Notes: generated by a model not told the origin, from the sequence alone. A stretch of DNA of 64,000 nt from Candidatus Latescibacterota bacterium (GCA_965221775.1 CBDCSU010000005.1:672001-736000), one strand, 5' to 3'. Shown: positions 36,865 to 47,333, counted from the first letter of the stretch. Numbers and translations: made by a program.

Positions 36865-37545
36865 ATGGATAGCCTGTTGCTCGATTTCGGGACGATCAAG
36901 CTCCACTGGAACATGGTGCTGCTCTCTCTCGTTTTCGCTTTCTGCCTGTCGAGCGTCATCGCCCTTGTGTACGAGTGGACCTTCCAAGGCCTGTCCTGGT
37001 CCCGCGGTCTCATGCAGACCATGGTGCTGGGCAGCATCATCACTTGCCTGCTCATGATCGCCATCGGCGACAATGTGGCACGAGGCATCGGCATTGTCGG
37101 ATCCCTGGCCATCATCCGCTTCCGTACCAACCTTCGCGATCCCCGGGACCTGGTGTTCCTCTTCGCCGCCCTCGGCGCGGGCGTCGCCTGCGGGGTGCAG
37201 AGCTACCTGGCAGCGACCTTCGCAACGGTCCTGTTCTGCATGATCGCCGTAACCATGTACCTGTCTCGATTCGGTACTCGGATGAAGTACGATGGACTCG
37301 TGCGTTTCCAGATCCCGGCGGGACCGACCATTGCGGCCCAGGTGGCCGGGATCCTGCAGGAAATACCGAGGACCTTCGGCCTCGTCACGATGCGGGACGT
37401 CGCCCAGGGCGATCTCGTCGATTGCACCTACCAGGTAAAGCTCTCCGACGAAGCAGACTCCACGCGATTGATCGAGGCCCTCGGGCAGATCGAGGGCATC
37501 CGCGGGTTGTCCTTCATGAACCACACCTCCGCCCTGGAGGTGTAG
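36865..37545 (+). CDS. DUF4956 membrane protein
   Basis: Several TM segments with GIVGSLAIIRFRTNLRDPRD signature plus small C-terminal ACT-like domain. Confidence 0.88.
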   Translation: MDSLLLDFGTIKLHWNMVLLSLVFAFCLSSVIALVYEWTFQGLSWSRGLMQTMVLGSIITCLLMIAIGDNVARGIGIVGSLAIIRFRTNLRDPRDLVFLFAALGAGVACGVQSYLAATFATVLFCMIAVTMYLSRFGTRMKYDGLVRFQIPAGPTIAAQVAGILQEIPRTFGLVTMRDVAQGDLVDCTYQVKLSDEADSTRLIEALGQIEGIRGLSFMNHTSALEV

Positions 37546-37548
37546 TCC

Positions 37549-38574
37549 ATGAAGCGATGGCTGACGAGGAATGCCTTCCATGTTCTGTGGGTGGCGGCCC
37601 TTCTCACCGCAGCCTACGGCTACCGGAGATGGCAGGCCGATCCCTACCTGATCGGCACGGTCGTGGCGGGAGTGCAGTCGGTGGGCGCGCGCGAGGGAGG
37701 CACCATCCAGGAGGTTCTCGTCGTCGTCGGAGAGGAGGTGGCGGCGGGCCAGGTACTCGCTCGCCTGGACGCCTCCGACCTGCAGGCGGAACGCCGGCTC
37801 CGTGCGGAAGAGCTCGCCTCGCTGGAGTCGATCGCCGCTGCCGACCGCCGTCGGTACAGCGTCGAGTACGACCTGCTGCGCCTGCGCCTGTCCGAACAGT
37901 ACGCGGCCGTCCAGGCCGGCGAGGCCGAGCTCGACGCCCTCAGCCGGGAACTCGAGGCACTCGTGTCAGCGGAAAGCGCCGGCCTGGGACACGATCGCGA
38001 GTTGACCCGCATGTCGATTCGCCGCGACGCCCTGGCCCGCTCCGTAGCCGAGCAGTCGGCCCTGATGCGGCCCGAGGTGCTGAGGCTCGACACGGAAGAT
38101 TCGGATGCCTTCGGCGACAGCGTCATGGCCTCCCTTCTCGGCGACCGGGTAGAGCGCCTGCACGAGGTCCGCCAATCGCTCACCCTGATCGATCAGCGCA
38201 TCGAGTACCGGACGATCCGATCGCCCTGCGCGGGTCTTGTCTCCGAGATCCTGGCTCTTCAAGGCAGTACCGTGGAAGCCTTCATCCCCGTCGTCACCGT
38301 GGTGAGCCCCATCGTCAATTCGGTGCAGGTGTACGTTCCCGAGACGGACGACCGGCCGTTGGCCGTGGGACAGGAAGTGGAAGTGATGTCGAAGCGCTCG
38401 AGCCTCTTCGATGGCCGCGGCACGATCGACTTCGTGCATCCGGGGTACTCACCGATGCCGGAGAGGCTCTGGCTCCGCGGGCAGATGTTGTGGGCGAGGA
38501 AGGCCCGAGTGATCCTTGAGCCGGATCACCAACTGCTGCCGGGCGAATCCGTGCGCGTCCGTCTTGTTCGGTAG
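37549..38574 (+). CDS. HlyD-family membrane fusion protein
   Basis: N-terminal TM, VAAGQVLARLD, coiled coil, IRSPCAGLV, LLPGESV. Confidence 0.85.
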   Translation: MKRWLTRNAFHVLWVAALLTAAYGYRRWQADPYLIGTVVAGVQSVGAREGGTIQEVLVVVGEEVAAGQVLARLDASDLQAERRLRAEELASLESIAAADRRRYSVEYDLLRLRLSEQYAAVQAGEAELDALSRELEALVSAESAGLGHDRELTRMSIRRDALARSVAEQSALMRPEVLRLDTEDSDAFGDSVMASLLGDRVERLHEVRQSLTLIDQRIEYRTIRSPCAGLVSEILALQGSTVEAFIPVVTVVSPIVNSVQVYVPETDDRPLAVGQEVEVMSKRSSLFDGRGTIDFVHPGYSPMPERLWLRGQMLWARKARVILEPDHQLLPGESVRVRLVR

Positions 38575-38590
38575 GCGGGAGACGGGCGCC

Positions 38591-39886
38591 GTGAAGTCCG
38601 GCCGGCTCTTCCTCGCCCTGGCCCCTTTCGCCATGCCTCTCTGCACCGCCGCAGCTTCGGCCGAGTCCAGCGCCGAGAGCCCCGGGACTTCGGATGGCGA
38701 GTTGCGGCTTACCATCGAGCAGACGGTCGCCTTGGGCCTGGGCAACAACCCCCGCCTCGGTTCCCTCGACCTCGAGTCCGACATCCTGGCCCACCGCATG
38801 CGCTCTTTCGACTGGGTGGACAATCCCCAGATCCGTGTGCGCAACCTGTCCCATCGGTCCGACGCCGCCCCCTTCGACGAACTCGAGATCGGCCTCCGCT
38901 GGCGTCCTCCCGCCATTGGGGAGGCCAAGGTGCGCCGACAGCGGCGGACCGTTTCCTTCTGGGAGCTCAAGGTGGAGGCCATTCGGCAGCGGCACTGGCT
39001 GGCGTCGCGAGTGCGCCGGTCCTGCGCGGACGTCACCATGTACTCCCAGTTGGCCCGCCTCGCCTCCCAGCGGATTGAAGTCGAGACCCAGCGGATCGCC
39101 CAGATCGAGACGATGGTCGAGGTCGGACGCCGATCGATCGTCTACTTCACCAAGGCCAGGATGGCCGTCGCCGAAGCGCGCCAGAATCACCTTCGGATCC
39201 TGCACGCGCTGGGCGAGGAAAGGCGGAGATTGCGCCGGCTTACCGGGATCACCCGGCCGATCCGGGTCATCTCCGAGCCGGTCCCCGAAATCCTCCTGGA
39301 GGAAGATCAGCTCCTCGAGCTGGCCTTCGACAACCGGCCGGAGATCCGGCTGGCCGAGGAACAGCGACAGCTGGCCCTCGACCGCAAGGCGCTGGAACGC
39401 TGGCGACTGTTGCCGCAACTCTCCTTCCTCGAGGTGTCCCGCCACGTTGAGCGGTCCCGGGACGACTGGCACGAGTGGAGGTTCGGCCTGGAGCTGCCTC
39501 TCTTCAACCGCAATGCGGACAACCTGGCCGGCCTCTCCCTGGCCGTGTCGGGGAGCGAGCTCGGCGTCCTCGGCATTCGGGAGCGGATTACGGACGAAGT
39601 CCGGGAAACACTCTCCGACTACACCGAGGCATTGCTCGCGCGCAACCTCGCCCGCCGAGAGGGAGAGGCTCTCATCGAAGCCGCCTCCCGCGTCATCTCC
39701 GGCACACACGATCACGCCACCGTGCCCTCGGATGAAATCCTGGAACTCGAGCGAATGATCATGGCTGCCCGGGTGGCCATCACCGAGAGCGAGCGGGATC
39801 TGGCCCACGCTCTCTACTTCCTCCATTACGAGCTGGGCCTCGGAGATCCCGAGGTTCTCCTCCGGGAGCCCGGCCATGGCGAGTGA
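38591..39886 (+). CDS. TolC-family outer membrane protein
   Basis: GTG 38591; signal peptide; LTIEQ..GNNP, RPEI, LELPLFNRN. Confidence 0.8.
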   Translation: MKSGRLFLALAPFAMPLCTAAASAESSAESPGTSDGELRLTIEQTVALGLGNNPRLGSLDLESDILAHRMRSFDWVDNPQIRVRNLSHRSDAAPFDELEIGLRWRPPAIGEAKVRRQRRTVSFWELKVEAIRQRHWLASRVRRSCADVTMYSQLARLASQRIEVETQRIAQIETMVEVGRRSIVYFTKARMAVAEARQNHLRILHALGEERRRLRRLTGITRPIRVISEPVPEILLEEDQLLELAFDNRPEIRLAEEQRQLALDRKALERWRLLPQLSFLEVSRHVERSRDDWHEWRFGLELPLFNRNADNLAGLSLAVSGSELGVLGIRERITDEVRETLSDYTEALLARNLARREGEALIEAASRVISGTHDHATVPSDEILELERMIMAARVAITESERDLAHALYFLHYELGLGDPEVLLREPGHGE

Positions 39887-40646
39887 GCCAGCCGCGGCCC
39901 ACCGCTACGAGCTCAAGTACACGGTCACCGAGCACCAGGCGGCCGAGATTCGCGACTTCATTCGCCCCCTTTTCTCGCTCGACGGCAACGTTCCCCCCGA
40001 GCAGGGCAGCTACACCGTCAACAGTGTCTACATGGATACTCCCGGCCTGCGCTTCTACCACGACACTAGGCTCCGCCAGTTGCTGCGCTTCAAACCCCGG
40101 ATCCGCTACTACGGAACGAAGGAAGTGGACTCCCTCACCCTGGAGGTCAAGTACCGCCACCACCGCACCGTCTGGAAGGCCCGGCAGAGAATCGCAACGA
40201 CTCAGTGGCCCCAGGTGCTCGAGACCACCAGGAGCGACCGCATCTCTCCGAGATTCGGGACCTTGCCGGAATCCTTCGTCGAGGTACACCACCTGTACGG
40301 CACGGAGCCGGTGCTTCATCTGCGTTACCATCGCGAGCCCTTTGTGAGCGAAGTGGACACCTATGGACGCATCACCTTTGACCGCGCCATGCGCTACCGT
40401 CTCCTGCGTGGTTCCCATGACATCTTGTGCCACGATGGTGAGTTGACCTACTACGACGACGCCGTTACCGCCCAGTGGGGCGAATCCCCCGTGGTCCTGG
40501 AAATCAAGACGGAATCCCTCGTTCCCTTCTGGGCCCTGGATCTCATCAAGCGCTTCTCTCTCGTGCAGCGGGGATACTCCAAGTACCGTTACGTCATCGA
40601 CCATTGTCTCGAGCGAGCCGGAAGCGGCAACGACATGGGGCGTTGA
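39876..40646 (+). CDS. VTC-domain (CYTH tunnel) polyphosphate polymerase-like protein
   Basis: RYELKY, NSVYMDT, KPRIRYY, LEVK, YHREPF, RITFD, VLEIK, YSKY. Confidence 0.9.
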   Translation: MASEPAAAHRYELKYTVTEHQAAEIRDFIRPLFSLDGNVPPEQGSYTVNSVYMDTPGLRFYHDTRLRQLLRFKPRIRYYGTKEVDSLTLEVKYRHHRTVWKARQRIATTQWPQVLETTRSDRISPRFGTLPESFVEVHHLYGTEPVLHLRYHREPFVSEVDTYGRITFDRAMRYRLLRGSHDILCHDGELTYYDDAVTAQWGESPVVLEIKTESLVPFWALDLIKRFSLVQRGYSKYRYVIDHCLERAGSGNDMGR

Positions 40647-40659
40647 GGCGAGGCTCAAG

Positions 40660-43317
40660 GTGGCAAGATTGTGCGGCAATCTCCCTGACGGAAGGCATCG
40701 GGCTCGCGCCTTCTTCTTTTTCCTCACTCTTCAAGCCTCCATCCTTCCAGCTGCTGACCCACAACTCAGACTCCCGGTATATCATCTGACTATCGATCCC
40801 GCCGACCATGACGCCCTGGAAGAGTCCCCTTACAGCGACACCCGGTATCCCGCTCAGTTCACCTTCGGAGGACAGACCCACGAGTGCCGGGTACGATTCA
40901 GAGGCGCCACGGCCCGCAAGTACGACAAGAAGAGCTGGAAAGTCTGGTTCGAGGACCGCCGCAATCCGCTCGGAGTGAGGGAGATCAACCTCAATGCCGA
41001 GTATACCGATCTCTCCTTGATGCGCAACGCCCTGGCCATGGAGCTATTCGAGTCCCTGGGGCATCCAGCCCCTGCTACCCGGCACGTCAGCCTGATGGTC
41101 AACAAGCAGTTCAAGGGCGTCTTCGTTCACGTGGAGGAGATGGACCAGGATTTCCTGGAACGTTTCAACCTGGAGCCCGGCCACCTCTTCAAGTCCGAGA
41201 ACCACGGGGGCAACACGGCGCCGTTGCTGGACTTCGACAACTACGCCGCCTCCTGGAACAAGAAGGTAGGCGATGAGTCGGACTACACGGATCTGCAGCG
41301 CCTGTTCAATCAGCTGCTCTACCTGTCGCCCGAGGATCTGGAGGCGCGGCTCCCACATCTGGTGAACGTAGACGGCGCTCTACGCTACTTCGCCATCGCC
41401 TATGCGATCTCCAGCTTCGACTCGGTAACGAAGAATACCCTGCTCTATTTCAACCCGGAGGGACGGCTGGATCAGATGATGCCGTGGGATCATGACGCCT
41501 CTTTCGGCAACCATTGGACGGGGGAGTACCGATCCTATTTCGAGACCACCTACTTGTACTTCTCTTTCCGGTATCACCTTCTGTTCCAGAGGTTGATGGA
41601 GTACGACAGCTTCCGTCATGCCTTCTGGGAGATGGTCCATACGGTCATAGGCCGCGGTTTCCGTTCGTTGGAGGCTGAGATCGACTCGACGTACGAGACG
41701 ATCAGGTTCGACGTGTACCAGGATGACTCCAAGTTGGGCACGAATGACGACTTCGACCGGGAGATCTCCCGCCTCAAAGGGTTTCTGAGCGCAAGGAGGT
41801 CCTTTCTCACCGACTTTACCTTCTTTGAGAAGGAGCCCTTGTCGGATCTGTACTGCTCCACTCCCTTCCCCGGAGACCGTGGGGACACGGACGGCGTGGT
41901 TTTTCGAGCCCGTTCCCCCGTGCCCCAATCAGTATTCGTCAGGTACACCACGGACCTGACTTCCTACAGAACGCCGGGCCTGGAAATCACCGTGAGGAAG
42001 CTCGCCTTGTTCGATGACGGCCATCACGATGATCTGCAGGCGGGAGACGGGCTATACGGAAACCGCCTCGTGCTGCCGGCGGGGTTTACCGGCCTTGTCC
42101 CCTATGCCTTCGGGGCCGGAGAGTACAGCTATCCACCCAACGGGCTGTACTATGTGAATCACCGGGCCTCGAAGAGTTTTGCCCTGAATGCAAGCCGCGC
42201 CACCAGGCGGGACTATGAAGACTTGCGGATTGGAGAGGTCTATGCCCTGCGAGAGGCCTTCTTCGTCGACCTGGTCAATGAGGGCGAGGTGCCGCTGGAC
42301 CTTGCCTACTGCAGTTTTCAATCTGGTGACTATTCCAACCGTTTCATGTTTCCCCCGGAGACTCGTCTTGCCCCGGGGGACAGCCTGGTTCTCTCCTCGA
42401 ACAGAGACGTTGCCAAGGCCCTCTTTCCCCTCACCTCGGTCATTGGTAATCTCTTCTACGCCATTTCCCCCGGCGATACGATGAAGGTGCTGGATCCTTC
42501 CCTGGCAGCCCTGACATCTCGCGTGAACCGGGCTTACGGCAAGATCCATCTTCCCTCTCCCGCAATCGTCATGAACGAGATCAACTATCATTCCAGGGAT
42601 GACCTGGATACGGGGGATTGGGTCGAGCTCTACAATTCGGGTGACTACCCGGCCGATCTCTCCGGTTGGTCCTTCAAGGACGGAAACGACCAGCATTCCT
42701 TCGTGTTGCCCGATCCCACTCTTCTTCAGCCCCGGGGATTCCTGGTGTTGTGTCAGGATCGGAGGGCCTTGGAACTCATCTCCTAGGTCCCTTGTATCGG
42801 AGACTTCGACTTCGGATTGAGGAACAGCGGAGAGCTGATTCGCCTGTACGACCGTCATGGGTTGCTGGTCGATTCGGTCGTCTATGGGGATAGTCCACCG
42901 TGGCCGGAAGAGGCAGATGGCGACGGGCCCACACTGGAGCTGCGCCACCACGATCTGGACAACGCCAACCCCGAGAGCTGGATGGCCTCCCTCTCTGCGG
43001 GGGGGACCCCGGGCGCGATCAACAGTGCCGAGAACCCTCACGGTACGGTGCCCTTCACTCTCTCGGAGTCGACTCCCAATCCGTTCTCCTACACGGTCGC
43101 CTTCGACCTCGACCTCGGCAGGAATGCGCAGGTCACCCTTGCGGTCCATAACACCCTTGGCCAGCGTGAGGAGGTTCTGGTCGACAGGCTCGTCCCCGCC
43201 GGACGTAGCCACTTCACCTGGACCCCCGGGGAGAGGGGGGCTGGAGTCTACCTCTTCGCCCTTGAGTTGGACGGGCGGCTGGAAGCGGTGCGGAAGGCCG
43301 CATACCTGAGCAAGTGA
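40660..43317 (+). pseudogene. Second CotH kinase + choice-of-anchor-X-like motif + lamin-tail domains + C-terminal sorting domain, interrupted by in-frame TAG at 42784-42786
   Basis: FRGATAR, KKSWK, NAEYTD, SFD....KN, PWDHD; LFDDG..D..AGDGLY. ORF 42817-43317 is in the same frame and completes the lamin-tail domain. Confidence 0.8.
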
Positions 43318-43371
43318 GTCCGGCGGCGCAGGTCTCGACGCGCCGGGCCGGCCGCTTGGGAATTCCCCGCC

Positions 43372-45450
43372 CTATGATCCGAATCCGAGGGTGCCGCGGA
43401 GGCCAGGCTTGGCCTCGCACTCGGCGCGCAGCAATCCTGCCAATCCCTCGGGATCGCGCAGGTGGCCGAGGATCTCCGCCTTGCGGCGCACCACCGCGAA
43501 GTCCCCCGGCGTCAGGTTGACGAGGGCCTCGACCTCCGGCGGAGCTTCGAGGTCGAAGAAGGCGCGGAAGGCCGCTCTCGACTGGACGGGGGTGAGGTAG
43601 TCCAGGGAGACCTTGAAGGTGAAGCGCCGCAGGGTGGCGGGGTCGAGGTGCTCGCCGAAGTTGGTGGTGCACGCGAAGGGCAGGGGATGGCTCTCCATCC
43701 AGGTCAGCATCTCGTTGACCTGGCTCACCTCCCACGAGCGCACGGCGCCGCGGCGGTCGGCCAGCAGCGAGTCGGCCTCGTCGAAGACGAGGATCGACTC
43801 CTCGGCGCGGGCCTCGGCGAAGGCGGCGGCGATCTGCTGCTCGGTCCCCCCCACCCACATCGACATCAGGTCGGAGGCCCGCTTCTGGGTGACCTGGAGT
43901 CCAAGGCGTTCGGCCAGGTAGCGGACGAAGGCGCTCTTGCCGGTGCCGGGCGGGCCCTGCAGGCAGAGGGAGAACCGCTTGTCCCCGGTTGTTTCCAAGC
44001 GTCCGGCGAGCCCGGCGGGGTCCACGTCGGCCTGGATCAGACCGAGGTCGAACCTCTCCGGCGCTCCCTGCGCCGCGGGGGGTCTGTCGCCCGAGATCAC
44101 CCGGGACAGGCTGCGCACGCCGCGGCGCACGGCCGCCAGATCGCCCCCGCACAGGCCGGCCGCGGCCACGGCCCCGGAGGCCATGCCGGGCGCCATGTCG
44201 AACTCCCGCGCCAAGGAGCGCGCGTCATCTTCCGTCGCCTCGATGCCGTGACGGTCCAACTCGCGACTCCAGATTCGCGCCCGGGTCCGGCACGGCGGCG
44301 GGCTGAGCTCCAGGGCGAAGGTCATGCGGCGCAGGACGGTGGGACAGGTCTCCCGGGCGGAGTTCGAGGTCCACAAGGTGGGCACCGGCGCGCCTTCGAG
44401 GAGGCGGTTCATGTAGACCTTGGAACCCCGTGCCCGGAGCTTGGAGGAGCCGGCGGGGTGGAACGGCATCCAGCCCCCGTCCGGGTCGGAGAGCAGGTCC
44501 TCCATCTCGTCGAAGAGGAGGAGCGACCCCTTGCCACCTGCCAGCAGGCGCTGGGCGAAGCGCAGGTCCTGGAGGCGCTCGTGCCGGGCGGGCTCGTCGC
44601 CGTCCTCATCGGCCTCGCCGACATTGTAGAGGTTGGCCCCGGTCCGGGCGGCCAAGGTCCTGCAGAACTCGCTCTTGCCGGTCCCCGGCGGCCCGTAGAC
44701 CAGGACGTTCACCCCCCGCGCGCCGGAGCGCAGGGCGCCCTTCACGACCTCTTCGATATGGTCGCGCGCCTCCGCCACGTGATCGAAGTCCGACCACTCC
44801 AGCTCTCCCGGCGGCGCCGAGTCGAGCAGCAGGCCGCGTACATCCAGACCGCTTTCGTCGGGGAGGTGGACCAGCCGGTGCAGCCTCTTCACCGGCGCAA
44901 GGTCGCCGTCGTAGTCGACGGAGACGAGGCCGGCCTTCATGAGCGGCGCATCCGCCGTGAAGCGGGTCAGGAAGGCGCCGGAAGACAGGCCCGAGAGGTA
45001 GGCCAGGTAGGGGTTGGTGACGTTGAGAACCAACCTGTGGCGGCGGAGACCATCACCGACGGCATCGATCAGTGACTCCAGGGCCGGCTGCGAGCGGTAG
45101 CGCAACAACAACTCGAGGATGGCCACGTCCTCGGGCGCCAGGTTCATCTCCCGGCCGAGAAGGCGGAGCCGCTGCGCCGTCCGGTCGGGCGGCGCCCCTT
45201 CGCAAGCGGAGTGCTTCCGTTCGAGAGCCTTCCTCAGCCGCTTCCATTTCCGGGCGGTGAGTTTCTTCTCGAAGGGGTTCTCCTCGTCCTCCTGCCCTTG
45301 CCCACCGTCGTCGAGATCGAGCAGGTCCAGGTTCTCGCTGACCCACTCGGCCAGGCTCTTCGCGCCCGGAGTCCCGTGGTGAAGTCGCGAGGCGGCGTTG
45401 CTGAGGTAGGAGAACAGGAGCTGACGTTCGCAGGCGCTGAGCATGGGCAT
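43372..45450 (-). CDS. Double-domain AAA+ ATPase
   Basis: Two GPPGTGKS Walker A motifs; FDEMED and FDEAD Walker B; LDPATLRRF. Confidence 0.93.
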   Translation of the reverse strand: MPMLSACERQLLFSYLSNAASRLHHGTPGAKSLAEWVSENLDLLDLDDGGQGQEDEENPFEKKLTARKWKRLRKALERKHSACEGAPPDRTAQRLRLLGREMNLAPEDVAILELLLRYRSQPALESLIDAVGDGLRRHRLVLNVTNPYLAYLSGLSSGAFLTRFTADAPLMKAGLVSVDYDGDLAPVKRLHRLVHLPDESGLDVRGLLLDSAPPGELEWSDFDHVAEARDHIEEVVKGALRSGARGVNVLVYGPPGTGKSEFCRTLAARTGANLYNVGEADEDGDEPARHERLQDLRFAQRLLAGGKGSLLLFDEMEDLLSDPDGGWMPFHPAGSSKLRARGSKVYMNRLLEGAPVPTLWTSNSARETCPTVLRRMTFALELSPPPCRTRARIWSRELDRHGIEATEDDARSLAREFDMAPGMASGAVAAAGLCGGDLAAVRRGVRSLSRVISGDRPPAAQGAPERFDLGLIQADVDPAGLAGRLETTGDKRFSLCLQGPPGTGKSAFVRYLAERLGLQVTQKRASDLMSMWVGGTEQQIAAAFAEARAEESILVFDEADSLLADRRGAVRSWEVSQVNEMLTWMESHPLPFACTTNFGEHLDPATLRRFTFKVSLDYLTPVQSRAAFRAFFDLEAPPEVEALVNLTPGDFAVVRRKAEILGHLRDPEGLAGLLRAECEAKPGLRGTLGFGS

Positions 45451-45480
45451 CCTCCTGGGGATGGGGGCTGGGATATCTCC

Positions 45481-45518
45481 AACCTACCCAGGAGGTGCGA
45501 CGGATCGTGTCGCGGCCT
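45481..45518 (-). promoter_or_regulatory. WYL-type promoter box upstream of the AAA ATPase
   Basis: Minus strand GCGAC-N7-GTCGC-N10-TAGGTT. Confidence 0.72.
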
Positions 45519-45613
45519 TCAGGTTTTTTTGGGGGTCGTCGCTATTGGCCGATGCTCAGGCAAAACCCCTGGTCGGCGAGTGCACCATCGACCAGGTACA
45601 GGGCAGCTCCATA

Positions 45614-45841
45614 TCAGCCGATTCTCTGGAGCGCCTTGATGGCGCGGAACATTTCGAGCTGCTGCCGTATCCTGAGCCATTCCCGACACGCGCTCGGCGG
45701 CGGGTCCCCGGAAGACTCCTCCAAGTCCGCCATCCTGCGGCGAGCTCGGTCCAGGAGTACTCGAAAGGCCATCTCGTCAATCTCCTGACTGGTCATGTGG
45801 ACGGGATCGTTATGTCCAGGAATCGGATAGTCCTCAGTCAT
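45614..45841 (-). CDS. Small hypothetical protein
   Basis: 75 aa, ATG with purine-rich leader, co-oriented with neighbours. Confidence 0.5.
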   Translation of the reverse strand: MTEDYPIPGHNDPVHMTSQEIDEMAFRVLLDRARRRMADLEESSGDPPPSACREWLRIRQQLEMFRAIKALQRIG

Positions 45842-45895
45842 CCTTCAAGCTCCAATGGTTGATCGCGTGGCGTTGCCTGTCGTCTCACGGATGTA

Positions 45896-46612
45896 CTATT
45901 CCGCGGAGTTGCGGTCGGTTCCGGGCCACGCCACATGGTCCATATCGCTCACGTCTATGAACACGTCCCTCACGCTCTCCGAGACCCACCTGGTATTGGG
46001 AATGCCGAGATGCTTGGTGGCGAGGGCGATGGCCGCCTCCCATCCTTCCCGTGAAACCGGAGCCCTGCCGCAGACCGTCGTGTCCCCTACGAAGTAGACG
46101 AACACCAGGTGGGCCGGAAGACCGTTCAGTTCCCTGAGCAGGTACAGGTGCGCCAACCTGTTGGTGTACTGGTAGAAGCACTGTGCCCAGTCCGTACCGG
46201 ACTTGACCTTCAGGAACTCCCTCGTCTCCACGAGGGACGCCTTGATTCTCTCGAGGGGAATTCCTGTGGCACCAGTGGGATCGGTATCGAACTCGGGTAT
46301 ATTCGCCTTCGCTTCCAGCAGCAGGAGACTTCCGCCGCTGGTCCGAGCTAGCCCGTCCCATCGTGGTCCACTCCTGGGCCAGAAGTCCCTGAGTTGCCGC
46401 TTGTCGAGGCACACCCCGAGACGCTCCAGGAATTCGTCATCCCTGTATTCGGCGAAGCCGTCGCCCTCCAACGGCGACAGCCACTCGATTTCTTCCCCTT
46501 GACAAAGGCCAGTCTCCTTGATGGCCTTGTCTAATCTGTGGAAACACCGGTTGACCGCGATCTGCAACCAACGCTGGCTGCCGTGCGGGGCTGCGGGATG
46601 CTCTGCCTTCAT
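45896..46612 (-). CDS. Putative restriction-endonuclease-like (PD-(D/E)XK) protein
   Basis: AGGAGG RBS; WP..GPRWDG..LLEAK, YQY.NRLAHL. Confidence 0.7.
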   Translation of the reverse strand: MKAEHPAAPHGSQRWLQIAVNRCFHRLDKAIKETGLCQGEEIEWLSPLEGDGFAEYRDDEFLERLGVCLDKRQLRDFWPRSGPRWDGLARTSGGSLLLLEAKANIPEFDTDPTGATGIPLERIKASLVETREFLKVKSGTDWAQCFYQYTNRLAHLYLLRELNGLPAHLVFVYFVGDTTVCGRAPVSREGWEAAIALATKHLGIPNTRWVSESVRDVFIDVSDMDHVAWPGTDRNSAE

Positions 46613-46708
46613 GGAGATCCTCCTTGATCGTAGCTGGACTTGGCCCTCTTCACGATAGCAGCAGGCCGTGGAGAGGAGCCACGAAGGGCAGAAAGGTCGC
46701 GAAGCCCA

Positions 46709-47248
46709 TCAAGCCGATCCCGCCCAGATCGCCCGGCGCAGCATCTCCACCGGATTGAAGATGGACCAGGCGCCGTATATGGCGGCGGCCCTTGCGGCTC
46801 CGCCAACGGTCAGCGTGTCAGCCAGTCTTCGGCCGGCCGTGGTGGCGTCCGCCACCGAGGAGTCTGCGGCGGCGTCCCCGATCGCCCTGGCCGCCTCCTT
46901 GGGGACCTCGGCCACGGTGGAGGCGGCGGCGAATGTGCGCCACCTGACCTTCAGTCCGGAAGAGCACTCGCCCCGGGCATCCTTCGCCCAGTAGACAGCC
47001 CACGCCGCGTCCTCGGCTGCCCGGAAGACGGCATGGCTCCCCGCACGTCTGGCAGCCCTTCCAGCAGCCTTGGCGGCGGCCATCCGGACCTCATCGCCGT
47101 CCCCATGGGCCGCACACATTTTCCTCCACTCGCCACGAATCCCCTCCGGTCGGCAAGACCTTGCAGGAAGGGAAGCACAGAGTTCCATGCCCAATCGAGC
47201 AGAGCGTTCAGACGTTCCCGCTTCCGGGGTCCAGATTGAGGTACTCAT
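46709..47248 (-). CDS. Ala-rich hypothetical protein, possibly frameshifted near 47136
   Basis: ATG 47248; Ala-rich helical C-terminus. An alternative frame at 47220-47137 reads more protein-like. Confidence 0.45.
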   Translation of the reverse strand: MSTSIWTPEAGTSERSARLGMELCASLPARSCRPEGIRGEWRKMCAAHGDGDEVRMAAAKAAGRAARRAGSHAVFRAAEDAAWAVYWAKDARGECSSGLKVRWRTFAAASTVAEVPKEAARAIGDAAADSSVADATTAGRRLADTLTVGGAARAAAIYGAWSIFNPVEMLRRAIWAGSA

Positions 47249-47299
47249 GCCGTTCGCGTGACGCTTCTCCCGATTGACGCGTGCCCGACGCCTGAGGCG

Positions 47300-47333
47300 A
47301 ACTTGGTGCACCCCTGCGACAGATCACGTCGCA
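47300..47333 (-). promoter_or_regulatory. WYL-type promoter box overlapping the WYL gene stop codon
   Basis: Perfect arms TGCGAC-N7-GTCGCA (47315-47333); on the minus strand GTCGC-N10-CAAGTT. Confidence 0.72.

Noticed and set aside
46646-46675. Fourth WYL box upstream of the nuclease gene
   Set aside because: Spacer is 8 nt, the arms are degenerate and no hexamer sits at the conserved distance; more likely a simple hairpin.
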